Below are positions 9,399 to 17,747 of a DNA stretch of 32,000 nucleotides, one piece after another. The position numbers and the translations under genes were made by a program. A model generated the notes under the pieces. The model ran no database searches. It was not told the origin of the DNA and was given only the letters and a program-made list of their open reading frames with translations. The DNA lies in NCBI GenBank assembly GCA_021294815.2, contig CP095464.1:600001-632000 (forward strand), read 5' to 3'. Position 1 is the first letter of the stretch. The number at the start of each line of letters is the position of its first letter. The stretch comes from Verrucomicrobiota bacterium (lineage in GTDB: Bacteria; Verrucomicrobiota; Verrucomicrobiia; Opitutales; LL51).

Positions 9399-11006
9399 AT
9401 GTTCAAAAAGCTTTTAAATCTCCTCTATCTCGCCATTGTCGTTGCCATCCCATTTATCTTTCGACGTAGCGAAGTTCAACTCGTACCGACCAACCCCAAT
9501 GAGGTGATTGTTATTATTACTGCACATAATGAAACCTTACGCAGCGAGTACGGCCGTGGCTTCATGGAGTGGTACCGACAAAAGACGGGGAAAACGGTAA
9601 CAATTGATTGGCGACATCCGGGCGGTGGACGTGACGTTTCACGCTACATTGACTCGATGTTCATGAATAATTTCCGCTTCCACTGGGAGCATGTACTTCA
9701 AAAACCCTGGGGGCAGAAAGAGCGCGCTATTTTCGCTCAGCTTGAGAATATCAAAAAAGACGATCCTGATCCCATTGCCCGAGAACTTAAGGAAACATTT
9801 TTAGCATCCGATATTGGTTGTGGCGTAGATCTTCTATTTGGTGGCGGGGTCTTTGATCATAAGGTTCAAGGCGCGAAGGGCTATACCGTGCCCAGCGGAT
9901 TTATCGCTCTACATCCCGAACTATTTAACGACGATGCGATCCCGGAGTTTTTTGCTGGCGAGCGCTTATGGGATGCCGATAGTCGATGGATCGGGGGAAG
10001 TCTTTCCAGCTTTGGGATTATTTATAATAGCGATGCGGTACATGCACTCGGAACACATCCACCCGTGACGTGGATGGATTTAGCCGATCCGCGCTATATT
10101 GGCGGTATTGCAATTGTCGATCCCACAAAGAGCAGCTCGACGCTGAAGTCTTATGAAATGCTCATTCAGCAACAAATGCAGATTGCATATGCACGCTCTG
10201 GAGATGAATCGCAGGCTATCCGTGAAGGTTGGTTGGCAGGATTGCAACTCATCCAAAAGATCGTTGCTAACGGGCGATATATGACGGACTCATCAGCCCA
10301 GACCGTTCTCGATGTATCGGAGGGAAATTGTCCTGTTGGGATTGCGACGGATTTTTACGGTCGTTCGGAACAGAGTAATATTGCCGCACGTGGAGGAAAG
10401 TCCCGTTTCCATTTTGTGATTCCTCAAGCTGGATGTTCTCCTTCACCAGATCCTATCTCACTCTATCGGGGAGCGAAACATCGTGAATTGGCGATGGCGT
10501 TCTTAGGATATGTCTTAACGCTTCCAGGACAGCAACTTTTAGCGTATAAGGTAGGTGTTCCGGGGGGACCGCAGCATACACCGCTGTGTCGTGCACCGAT
10601 CCTTAAGACTGTTTATCAATCGGAGTATTTGGAGAACTTTGATAACCCGGATGTGAACCCCTATCGCGAGGCAGCGAATTTTACGTACCGTGAGGCTTGG
10701 ACGAAGCCGGTCTTTCGAGCATTGGGATTAATTTTTAAGATGGCATTTTTGGATCCCGAGGATTTGTTACATAAAGCGTGGTCGCGGATCCAGAAGGCTT
10801 ATCAATCGGGACGTCACGAAGATGCCGATCGGGCGCTAGCGGTGATGCAAGACCTGGGATTGTTTGCCTATGACCGGGTGATCACCGAGGTGATGCCGGA
10901 GACCCGGAATAAAGATTACTTGAAGGCGACCCAGTATCAGACAGATATTGCGAACCATTTCCGAGAACAATACCGTCGGGTGGCCGAGATCGCGAAGGGC
11001 CATTGA
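9399..11006 (+). CDS. Membrane-anchored ABC substrate-binding protein (family-1 / Fe3+- or polyamine-type, unusually long)
   Basis: The ATG lies 1 nt after the ATPase stop. It has an N-terminal hydrophobic anchor (LLNLLYLAIVVAIPFIF), then VIVIITAHNETL...F..WY..KTGKTVTIDW, typical of the first lobe of class II binding proteins. The assignment is by pattern only. Confidence 0.6.
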   Translation: MFKKLLNLLYLAIVVAIPFIFRRSEVQLVPTNPNEVIVIITAHNETLRSEYGRGFMEWYRQKTGKTVTIDWRHPGGGRDVSRYIDSMFMNNFRFHWEHVLQKPWGQKERAIFAQLENIKKDDPDPIARELKETFLASDIGCGVDLLFGGGVFDHKVQGAKGYTVPSGFIALHPELFNDDAIPEFFAGERLWDADSRWIGGSLSSFGIIYNSDAVHALGTHPPVTWMDLADPRYIGGIAIVDPTKSSSTLKSYEMLIQQQMQIAYARSGDESQAIREGWLAGLQLIQKIVANGRYMTDSSAQTVLDVSEGNCPVGIATDFYGRSEQSNIAARGGKSRFHFVIPQAGCSPSPDPISLYRGAKHRELAMAFLGYVLTLPGQQLLAYKVGVPGGPQHTPLCRAPILKTVYQSEYLENFDNPDVNPYREAANFTYREAWTKPVFRALGLIFKMAFLDPEDLLHKAWSRIQKAYQSGRHEDADRALAVMQDLGLFAYDRVITEVMPETRNKDYLKATQYQTDIANHFREQYRRVAEIAKGH

Positions 11007-11035
11007 CATCGGATGCGCGTTGCTAGAGTAGGGGC

Positions 11036-11602
11036 GTGATTGTATCGATTGAGGGGCGTTTGGAGCAGCGGACGGCATTGAGTTGTGTCGTTGTGACGGG
11101 CGGTATTGGCTACGAAATCGCGGTACCGCTGACGATCCAATTGCCATCGTTGGGGGAAAATGTCCGGCTTTCGATCTATGCGGTTTATCGGGAGGATAGC
11201 CAGGCGCTCTATGGGTTCAATACGCCTGCGGAACGGGATTTTTTCAAGTTGATTGTCGAAAAGGTGTCAGGGATTGGTCCGAAAATCGCGCTCGCGATGT
11301 TGAGTAAGTTCCGGTTAGAATCGCTGATGGGCATTATCGCGAACCGAGAATCGGGTATGTTAGCGAAAATTCCTGGTATTGGGGAGAAAACAGCTAAGAA
11401 AATTCTCTTTGAGCTCGCGGATCGCTTACCGTCTTTCGGTCATCATACGCCTATCGGAAATGAACAGAACGACGCCATTCTGGGCCTTATTGCTTTGGGT
11501 TATAAGCGTGCCGAAGCGGAAAAGATGGTTTCAACGGTCGCCGAACAATGTCCAGAAGCCTCGGCCGAGGTGCTTATTAAACAGGCGATCCGCGTTAAAT
11601 GA
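11036..11602 (+). CDS. ruvA: Holliday junction branch migration complex subunit RuvA
   Basis: GTG start. MIVSIEGRL...GGIGYEI, the helix-hairpin-helix segments VSGIGPKIALAML and IPGIGEKTAKKI, and a C-terminal domain III LGY...AEK. Confidence 0.85.
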   Translation: MIVSIEGRLEQRTALSCVVVTGGIGYEIAVPLTIQLPSLGENVRLSIYAVYREDSQALYGFNTPAERDFFKLIVEKVSGIGPKIALAMLSKFRLESLMGIIANRESGMLAKIPGIGEKTAKKILFELADRLPSFGHHTPIGNEQNDAILGLIALGYKRAEAEKMVSTVAEQCPEASAEVLIKQAIRVK

Positions 11603-12018
11603 ATTTCTTGGGAATCGATTTTGGAAATAAGCGTATCGGACTCAGTCTGGGGGATGATGAATGTTATTTAGCTGTTCCTTTGGGGTGTCTACAAGTTCAT
11701 TCTTGGATACAGGTTTTTCAAGAGCTAGAAGAAATTGTCCAAATGCGTCACATCCACCAGATGGTGGTGGGGTATCCCTATAATATGGATGATAGCGTAG
11801 GGCCCAAAGCGCAAGAAGTTGACCGGTTTATTGCGGAATTACAAAAAAAAATACCTCTTCCTATTGAGCGAGTTGATGAGCGTTTAACGAGTGAGAGCGT
11901 CGGTGATCTCTATCACCGTTCTGGGAAAAATCGTCAAAAATTACGCCGAAAAGGAATGATCGATGCCGCTGCCGCTGTCATTATTCTCCAGGAATTTCTC
12001 GATATTACATTTTCTTAA
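11599..12018 (+). CDS. ruvX: YqgF/RuvX family nuclease (putative Holliday junction resolvase / pre-16S rRNA nuclease)
   Basis: LGIDFGNKRIGLSLGD N-terminus, VVGYPYNMDDS and VDERLTS motifs. An ATGA overlaps the ruvA stop. Confidence 0.85.
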   Translation: MNFLGIDFGNKRIGLSLGDDECYLAVPLGCLQVHSWIQVFQELEEIVQMRHIHQMVVGYPYNMDDSVGPKAQEVDRFIAELQKKIPLPIERVDERLTSESVGDLYHRSGKNRQKLRRKGMIDAAAAVIILQEFLDITFS

Positions 12019-12153
12019 AACTGACGTGTTTCTCGTGAAAAAATTTCACTTGACGGTATAGCGAATGCTGCTAGCGTCAGCACCAGTCGGAGACTTTGCG
12101 AACAGCGGGCGGGGGTCAGTATCTCCGCTCTTTTTGTCACCGGAAGCGTAGTT

Positions 12154-13407
12154 ATGAAGACGGGTAGTGAGATTTTGGCGGTTCTCGAGTATATGGAGAA
12201 GGAGAAGGGGATCCCGCGGAGTACGATGATCGAAACGGTCACCGAGGCCATTCGGTCTTCCGCGCTAAAAAGCATTAACGCCGGGTACGACGTCCGTGTC
12301 GAAATCAATCCTAAGACCGGCAATCTTCAGGCGTGGTCAATTCTCGAAGTCGTCGATTCCGTCAGTGATCCACAAGCCCAGGTCCATATTAATAAGGCCC
12401 GAGAGACTCATCCCAACGTCAATATCGGTGATGTGATTGAACGCGAGATTGATCCTGTAACGCTCGGGCGTATCGCAGCCCAGGGCGCGCGCCAGGCTAT
12501 CTTCCAGGGGATCCGTAACTTCGAACGCGAGAAACTTTACGAGGACTTTAAAAATTCCGTTGGCGATATCGTCAGTGGTATTGTCCGGCGCCAGGATATG
12601 GGAAATATCTACGTCGAGCTCGGTAAGTCCGAGGCCCTACTGCCTCAGCGCGAACGTATTCCAGGGGAAGAGTATGTGCCTGGCGACCGTATTCGTTGTC
12701 TATTGCTCGCGATCGATCAAACACCGCATGGCCCCGAGATTATTTTGAGCCGTTCCCATGGGCGTTTTGTTCGCCGCCTTCTGGAAATCGAGGTCACGGA
12801 AATCGCTGATGGGACCGTAGAGATCGTCAGCATGGCGCGTGAGCCGGGATATCGGACGAAAATCGCCGTCCGGAGCAAAGATCCCAAGGTCGATCCCGTT
12901 GGCTCCTGCGTTGGCGCACGCGGTGTCCGGATTCGCAGTATCGTTAAGGAACTCGGGGGCGAGAAAATCGATGTCATTCGCTGTAGCGATGACCCGGTAG
13001 CATTTCTACAAGAAGCCATCCATCCTGCGGTGCCGTTGAACGTCAAGCTCGATGAGGTTACGCACCAGATGAGCTTCGAAGTTCGAGAGGAAGACCTGGC
13101 GGTAGCGATCGGGAAGCGGGGACTCAATGCCCGTCTGACCTCCCGATTACTCGGTTGGCGCCTCGATATCAAAAAGGCAGAATCGGAGCAGGAAAAAAGT
13201 CTGAATAAAAAAATTCAGAAGGCGACAGAAGGCCTCAATAATATCCCCGGTATCGACGATGCAATGGCTCAACGTCTGGTCGCATGTGGTTTTACGGATG
13301 TCGATGTGTTTGATGACGTCACGGAAGAAGATTTGCAGGACGCAGGTTTTTCGCTCGACGAATCGCGGTTCATACTTGAAAATATCGGAAAATTCAAGAA
13401 GGCTTAG
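12154..13407 (+). CDS. nusA: Transcription termination/antitermination factor NusA
   Basis: N-terminal [13 protein letters not shown], an S1 domain ([10 protein letters not shown]), tandem KH domains ([29 protein letters not shown] and [11 protein letters not shown]), and the conserved nusA-infB order. Confidence 0.95.
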   Translation: MKTGSEILAVLEYMEKEKGIPRSTMIETVTEAIRSSALKSINAGYDVRVEINPKTGNLQAWSILEVVDSVSDPQAQVHINKARETHPNVNIGDVIEREIDPVTLGRIAAQGARQAIFQGIRNFEREKLYEDFKNSVGDIVSGIVRRQDMGNIYVELGKSEALLPQRERIPGEEYVPGDRIRCLLLAIDQTPHGPEIILSRSHGRFVRRLLEIEVTEIADGTVEIVSMAREPGYRTKIAVRSKDPKVDPVGSCVGARGVRIRSIVKELGGEKIDVIRCSDDPVAFLQEAIHPAVPLNVKLDEVTHQMSFEVREEDLAVAIGKRGLNARLTSRLLGWRLDIKKAESEQEKSLNKKIQKATEGLNNIPGIDDAMAQRLVACGFTDVDVFDDVTEEDLQDAGFSLDESRFILENIGKFKKA

Positions 13408-13415
13408 TCGCGGAA

Positions 13416-15863
13416 ATGAGCATTCGGGTGTATCAGTTGGCTAAGGATTTGGGCCTCGATAATAAGCAGGTCATGGCGTTATTGCGTGACCGTGGCCTGA
13501 AAGTGATCAGTGCGTCGAGTTCCATTCCGAACATTTACGCCGATGCGTTGGCAGAGGAGCTTAAAATCACACCCGCATCAAAAGCGACACCAGAGCCGAC
13601 AACAATTCGAGTTCCCCTTGATGATGCGCCAGAACCTAGCGCTGCGCCCGCTGTTCCAAAGATAGAAGTTGTTCCAGCACGGAAACCTGCTTCTGTACCT
13701 GCCGTCCCTAAGGTACAGGGACAGGGAGATGCCGCAGAAATACAAAGTGTCCGTCGACCTTCTAAACCTTTTATTGAGCGGAGTGAAGGCGCTAATAGTC
13801 GTTCAGAACCACATCCAGCGGGCGGTAATGCCATCAAGATCCCATTGCCCAAATTAGGCGCAAAAAAACCTGTGAGCTTTACCTCTAGGACAGAAACTCT
13901 TGGGTTGGAATCGCCAAGCGAGCGGGCAAAACCGAGCCGTCCGCCAGAGGTCATTCTTCCAGGGCGCAAAAAAAATACCGAAAAGTTTACGGATAAGCGG
14001 TCGGCACCAACGGTCCATTTCGAGTTACCTTCTCGAAAACAACGCCCGTTAGAAAACAAAATTCCGATCCAGAGGACGGAAAAAACAGAAGAATCGGTAC
14101 AGGAACTTAAGACACTCGTTTGTAAGGCGCCGATTATCGTCCGCGATTTTGCCCAAAAGATCGGCATTAAGCCGTTTCAGCTGATCTCGATCCTGATGCG
14201 TCAGGGGATTTTTGCCTCGATGAATCAACAGATCGCTGATGAGATCGCTATCGATATTGCCCAAAAATACGGCTATCTACTTGAGGTTCGTCAGAAATCG
14301 GATCTTAACCGTCCAGCGCCGCAAAAACCCAAAGTCGTCATCCCGAAGGAAATTTTACCGCGTCCGCCCGTGGTGTGTGTGCTCGGTCACGTTGACCATG
14401 GTAAGACGACGCTACTGGATTTTATCCGCCATACAAGCGTTGTCGCTGGCGAAGCAGGAGGCATTACGCAGCATACCGGGGCGTATCAGGTCGAGTGCGA
14501 CGGTAAAAAAATCACATTTTTGGATACTCCGGGACACGCGGCGTTTTCCAGTATGCGCGAGCGCGGTGTCGAGGTCACGGATATTGCGATTTTAGTCGTT
14601 GCCGCCGATGATGGATTTATGCCTCAAACCGATGAGGCGTTAAAATTTGCCCAAAAGGCGGGCGTTCCAGTCGTTGTTGCGATTAATAAGATCGACGCTA
14701 AGGGTGCCAATCTCGATCACGTCAAACAACAGATGCAGCAGCGGGGGATTGCGCCGGAGGAGTGGGGCGGCGATACGCTTTGTGTAGGTATTTCGGCGCT
14801 CAAGGGGACGAATATCGATGAGCTTCTGTCGCTCGTACTTTTGCAGGCGGAGATGATGGAACTGAAAGCCGATTACAAATGCCCGGCAGTAGGCGTCGTT
14901 ATCGAGTCCCAGATCGATACAGGGCGCGGTCCGGTCGCAACGGTCATCATCCGCGAAGGAACGTTAAAAGTCGGTGATGCCTTGGTCTGTGGCTCGAAGT
15001 ATTGTCGAGTACGCTCGATGCTCAATGAACGTGCCGAGGTCGTGAAGGCGGCGACACCCTCTACACCGGTTAAAATTATCGGTTGGAGTGGTGTACCGGA
15101 AAATGGAGCAGTTTTTGAAACCGTCAAAGACGAAAAGACGGCAAAGAATCAGGCCGAAGAGTACGCAATTAACGAGAAAAGATCGCATGCGGAACCGGTT
15201 CCGAAAATTGCCAACATGAAATCGCTTTTTGAGGCGATTGAGTCGCAAAAGCAAAAGGTCCTGAAGGTTGTCGTTAAGTGCGATGTCCAGGGGACGCTTG
15301 AGGCGCTCATTCAGTGTTTGGAGGCGATTAAGAGCGATCGCGTAAAGCTTGAGATCTTAGATTCTGGCGTCGGCGCGGTTTCACAGAGCGATGTCGAGTT
15401 CGCGAGCTCATCGGGGGCGTTGATCGTTGGCTTTAACGTCAAAAAAGATAACGGAGTGGCGCCGCTGGCGAAAAATAAGGGTGTCCGTATCTTGTTGCAC
15501 GACATCATCTATGAGCTCATCGATCAGGTCAAAGAAGCGATGTCCGAGTTGCTCGATTATGAGTATACAGAGGAGCACCTCGGAACGGCGGAGGTTCGTC
15601 AGGTTTTTGAGCTTGCGAAGGGGACAGTTGCGGGGTGTATGGTGATCGATGGCCAGATTGCCCGTGATAAGCCGATTCGCGTCCGGCGGAACAATGAGGT
15701 GCTGTTTGAAGGCAAAATCGATTCGCTCAAGCGGCAGAAAGAAGACCAGTCCGAGGTGCGTTCGGGGTTTGAGTGCGGGATCAAAGTCGAAGGATTTTCA
15801 GATTTTGAAACCGGTGACACTCTCGAAAGCTACGATCGAATCCGTCATCTACAAAAGCTATGA
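13416..15863 (+). CDS. infB: Translation initiation factor IF-2
   Basis: N-terminal [13 protein letters not shown], a Pro/Ala/Lys-rich linker, and G-domain motifs [17 protein letters not shown] and NKID. Confidence 0.95.
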   Translation: MSIRVYQLAKDLGLDNKQVMALLRDRGLKVISASSSIPNIYADALAEELKITPASKATPEPTTIRVPLDDAPEPSAAPAVPKIEVVPARKPASVPAVPKVQGQGDAAEIQSVRRPSKPFIERSEGANSRSEPHPAGGNAIKIPLPKLGAKKPVSFTSRTETLGLESPSERAKPSRPPEVILPGRKKNTEKFTDKRSAPTVHFELPSRKQRPLENKIPIQRTEKTEESVQELKTLVCKAPIIVRDFAQKIGIKPFQLISILMRQGIFASMNQQIADEIAIDIAQKYGYLLEVRQKSDLNRPAPQKPKVVIPKEILPRPPVVCVLGHVDHGKTTLLDFIRHTSVVAGEAGGITQHTGAYQVECDGKKITFLDTPGHAAFSSMRERGVEVTDIAILVVAADDGFMPQTDEALKFAQKAGVPVVVAINKIDAKGANLDHVKQQMQQRGIAPEEWGGDTLCVGISALKGTNIDELLSLVLLQAEMMELKADYKCPAVGVVIESQIDTGRGPVATVIIREGTLKVGDALVCGSKYCRVRSMLNERAEVVKAATPSTPVKIIGWSGVPENGAVFETVKDEKTAKNQAEEYAINEKRSHAEPVPKIANMKSLFEAIESQKQKVLKVVVKCDVQGTLEALIQCLEAIKSDRVKLEILDSGVGAVSQSDVEFASSSGALIVGFNVKKDNGVAPLAKNKGVRILLHDIIYELIDQVKEAMSELLDYEYTEEHLGTAEVRQVFELAKGTVAGCMVIDGQIARDKPIRVRRNNEVLFEGKIDSLKRQKEDQSEVRSGFECGIKVEGFSDFETGDTLESYDRIRHLQKL

Positions 15864-16213
15864 GTGTTCGATTGGAGCGGATGAATGAGGCGATCGCGCA
15901 TGAAGTTAGCGCGGTTTTGCGAAAAAACTTTCGCGAGGAGGCGGCTATGGTGACGATTGTTGGGGCGCTCGTTGCCCCAGATTTAAAGTCTGCCATTGTC
16001 AAATATTCCGTTTTAGGCGATCCGGTAGCTAAACACCAATTGGCAAAATTTTTTTCGAAGCATGGTCTTTTAATTAAGAAGGAAATCGCACATCGCCTCC
16101 AACTACGCAATGTCCCGGAACTTAAATTTTCCGTAACCGATGCGATCGCGAAGGGAAACCATCTCATTGAAGTATTGGACACGATTGCTCCTGAGGATAC
16201 CCTTGTGGAATAA
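15860..16213 (+). CDS. rbfA: Ribosome-binding factor A
   Basis: 117 aa. Patterns R..RMNEAI.HEVS, V..DLKSA.V.YSVLG and LR.VPELKF..D. An ATGA overlaps the infB stop. Confidence 0.85.
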   Translation: MSVRLERMNEAIAHEVSAVLRKNFREEAAMVTIVGALVAPDLKSAIVKYSVLGDPVAKHQLAKFFSKHGLLIKKEIAHRLQLRNVPELKFSVTDAIAKGNHLIEVLDTIAPEDTLVE

Positions 16214-16250
16214 CCTTGAAAAATAGGGTAATTCGCAAAGCTCCTGCGGC

Positions 16251-16457
16251 ATGAGCAGTGTAGTTAAATGGGGGTTAATTTTGTTACTTTTATCTATTTC
16301 AGGTGGGTGTAGTTCCGAAAAAAATTCTTCGTCGCGTCTTCCGTGGGCTGTCCCAGCGAACTGGGAACTGCGCCGCAATATTACAGCCGATGTAAATGTC
16401 CAAAAGGTCTACAGACCGGCCGACTTCAACAAAACCAAGACAGGGAAGAAATTTTAA
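16251..16457 (+). CDS. Small putative lipoprotein (68 aa), first gene of the pilus/T2SS-like module
   Basis: A hydrophobic signal sequence (GLILLLLSISGGC) ends in a lipobox-like GGC and is followed by a Ser-rich linker. No homology recognised. It lies 30 nt upstream of the next ORF. Confidence 0.4.
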   Translation: MSSVVKWGLILLLLSISGGCSSEKNSSSRLPWAVPANWELRRNITADVNVQKVYRPADFNKTKTGKKF

Positions 16458-16487
16458 GCGCTGTCGCAGGGGTGATAGGGAAGTTGG

Positions 16488-17747
16488 ATGGCTGCAGACT
16501 CTTTAGTTTTATGCATTGCTAACGAAGCGGTCAGTTTGTGTCATGTTGCGCATCACAAGGGATGTTGTCGTCTACAAGAGGTTCAAGTTACGAAATATGA
16601 CACGAAGCAGGAGCTTTCGGTGGCATTGGGAAATTTTTCTCCAAAAAAATTAAAAAAAGTCCGCGTCATTGTCGTTGCACTGCCTTGGGTGCGTTGCTTG
16701 CCGCTTGAGGTATTTTTTGCACGCGAGGAACATTTTTGGCAGAGCGCAGTTTTTGAATTAAAACAGACTCTGGGCGAGGATTTCTCGGCTTTTGAGATTG
16801 AGTTGTATCGCACCGATGGCCGTGTCAATGCCTTTCTATTCGAAAAGAAGAAACTCATTTTACTACGTGGAATCCTGGCGCAATTTGGGATTAAAAAAGC
16901 AAAATTTATTTCCTCTACTGCGGCGTTTCTCAACGAAATTCCGCACACTGAATCTCGCATATGTTGGAGTTCATTTATTGCAGATGAAATCGAGGCAACA
17001 TGTTTAGAACCGATTGAACCGTTGTTGCCAGCAATTTTTACGGCAGTGGCGTCGCATCGAAATACGGCAACATATCGTTCGATAAACGTTCAGGCAACAT
17101 CGCGTGGTTTTAAGCGATTTTTTCGACAAAAGGAATGTGTTGTCGGTGTGCTGTGCTTAATGGTGGGTTTATTATTTTGTGTCCAGCATTTGGGAGGTGT
17201 CGAGCGGGAATGGGATGAGCGAAAGCAAGAGCTCGTAGTTCATCGAGATCAGCTATCGAAACTCGCGCAGCAAATCGACCAGGCACAGCAAAGACTTCTG
17301 CAGAAACAGGATCTCTTGGGTGATGTTGTTGTTTATGATCAACAAAATCACGCCTGGAATGTGTTTTTTAGCCAATTGCAAACCATTTTGTTTCAAACCG
17401 GAGATGTATTTTTAACCGATTTTCAGTGGCGGGTTGCGATATCGCCTCAAGATGCGCCAACGAAGAACTCCTCAAAAAAGAGGCAACTCCGTGAGAAACC
17501 AGCCGTTAACGACAGTCTACTTGAAAAAGTTCCAGCCTCGATCGAGCTTGCGGGGGCGATATTTATCGAGAATTCCCAGGATTCCGGACATTGGAATGCG
17601 CCCATGAATCAGATGTTCGACGCGTTAAGGAAAATTGCCGAAGTCGATGACATTTGCGAAATTAAAGTAAACGCGCCTACGATGGGAAAAATCACATTTC
17701 GTTGCCGGCTGCGATTAAAGCCAGATGCGGAACTTCTTGCGATATGA
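16488..17747 (+). CDS. Bitopic inner-membrane protein with GspL-like / fused PilM-PilN-like architecture
   Basis: Cytoplasmic region of about 215 aa with a PilM/GspL-like pattern (VVALP...FE.KQ.....F..E......V.A.L..K..L......L..FG.K...F.S...AF). A basic patch RGFKRFFRQK precedes a single TM (aa 217-232, nt 17136-17183). A Gln-rich coiled coil (aa ~238-275) follows. The periplasmic alpha/beta domain has a PilN-like pattern (WNVFFSQLQ...VFLTDF...IELAGA...FRCRLRLK). Confidence 0.5.
   Translation: MAADSLVLCIANEAVSLCHVAHHKGCCRLQEVQVTKYDTKQELSVALGNFSPKKLKKVRVIVVALPWVRCLPLEVFFAREEHFWQSAVFELKQTLGEDFSAFEIELYRTDGRVNAFLFEKKKLILLRGILAQFGIKKAKFISSTAAFLNEIPHTESRICWSSFIADEIEATCLEPIEPLLPAIFTAVASHRNTATYRSINVQATSRGFKRFFRQKECVVGVLCLMVGLLFCVQHLGGVEREWDERKQELVVHRDQLSKLAQQIDQAQQRLLQKQDLLGDVVVYDQQNHAWNVFFSQLQTILFQTGDVFLTDFQWRVAISPQDAPTKNSSKKRQLREKPAVNDSLLEKVPASIELAGAIFIENSQDSGHWNAPMNQMFDALRKIAEVDDICEIKVNAPTMGKITFRCRLRLKPDAELLAI

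Noticed and set aside
13535-14167. 210-aa minus-strand ORF antisense to the infB N-terminal region
   Set aside because: It lies wholly inside the well-supported infB gene, in its Pro/Ala/Gly-rich, GC-rich linker, where long antisense frames arise by chance. The product is low-complexity sequence with no start context.
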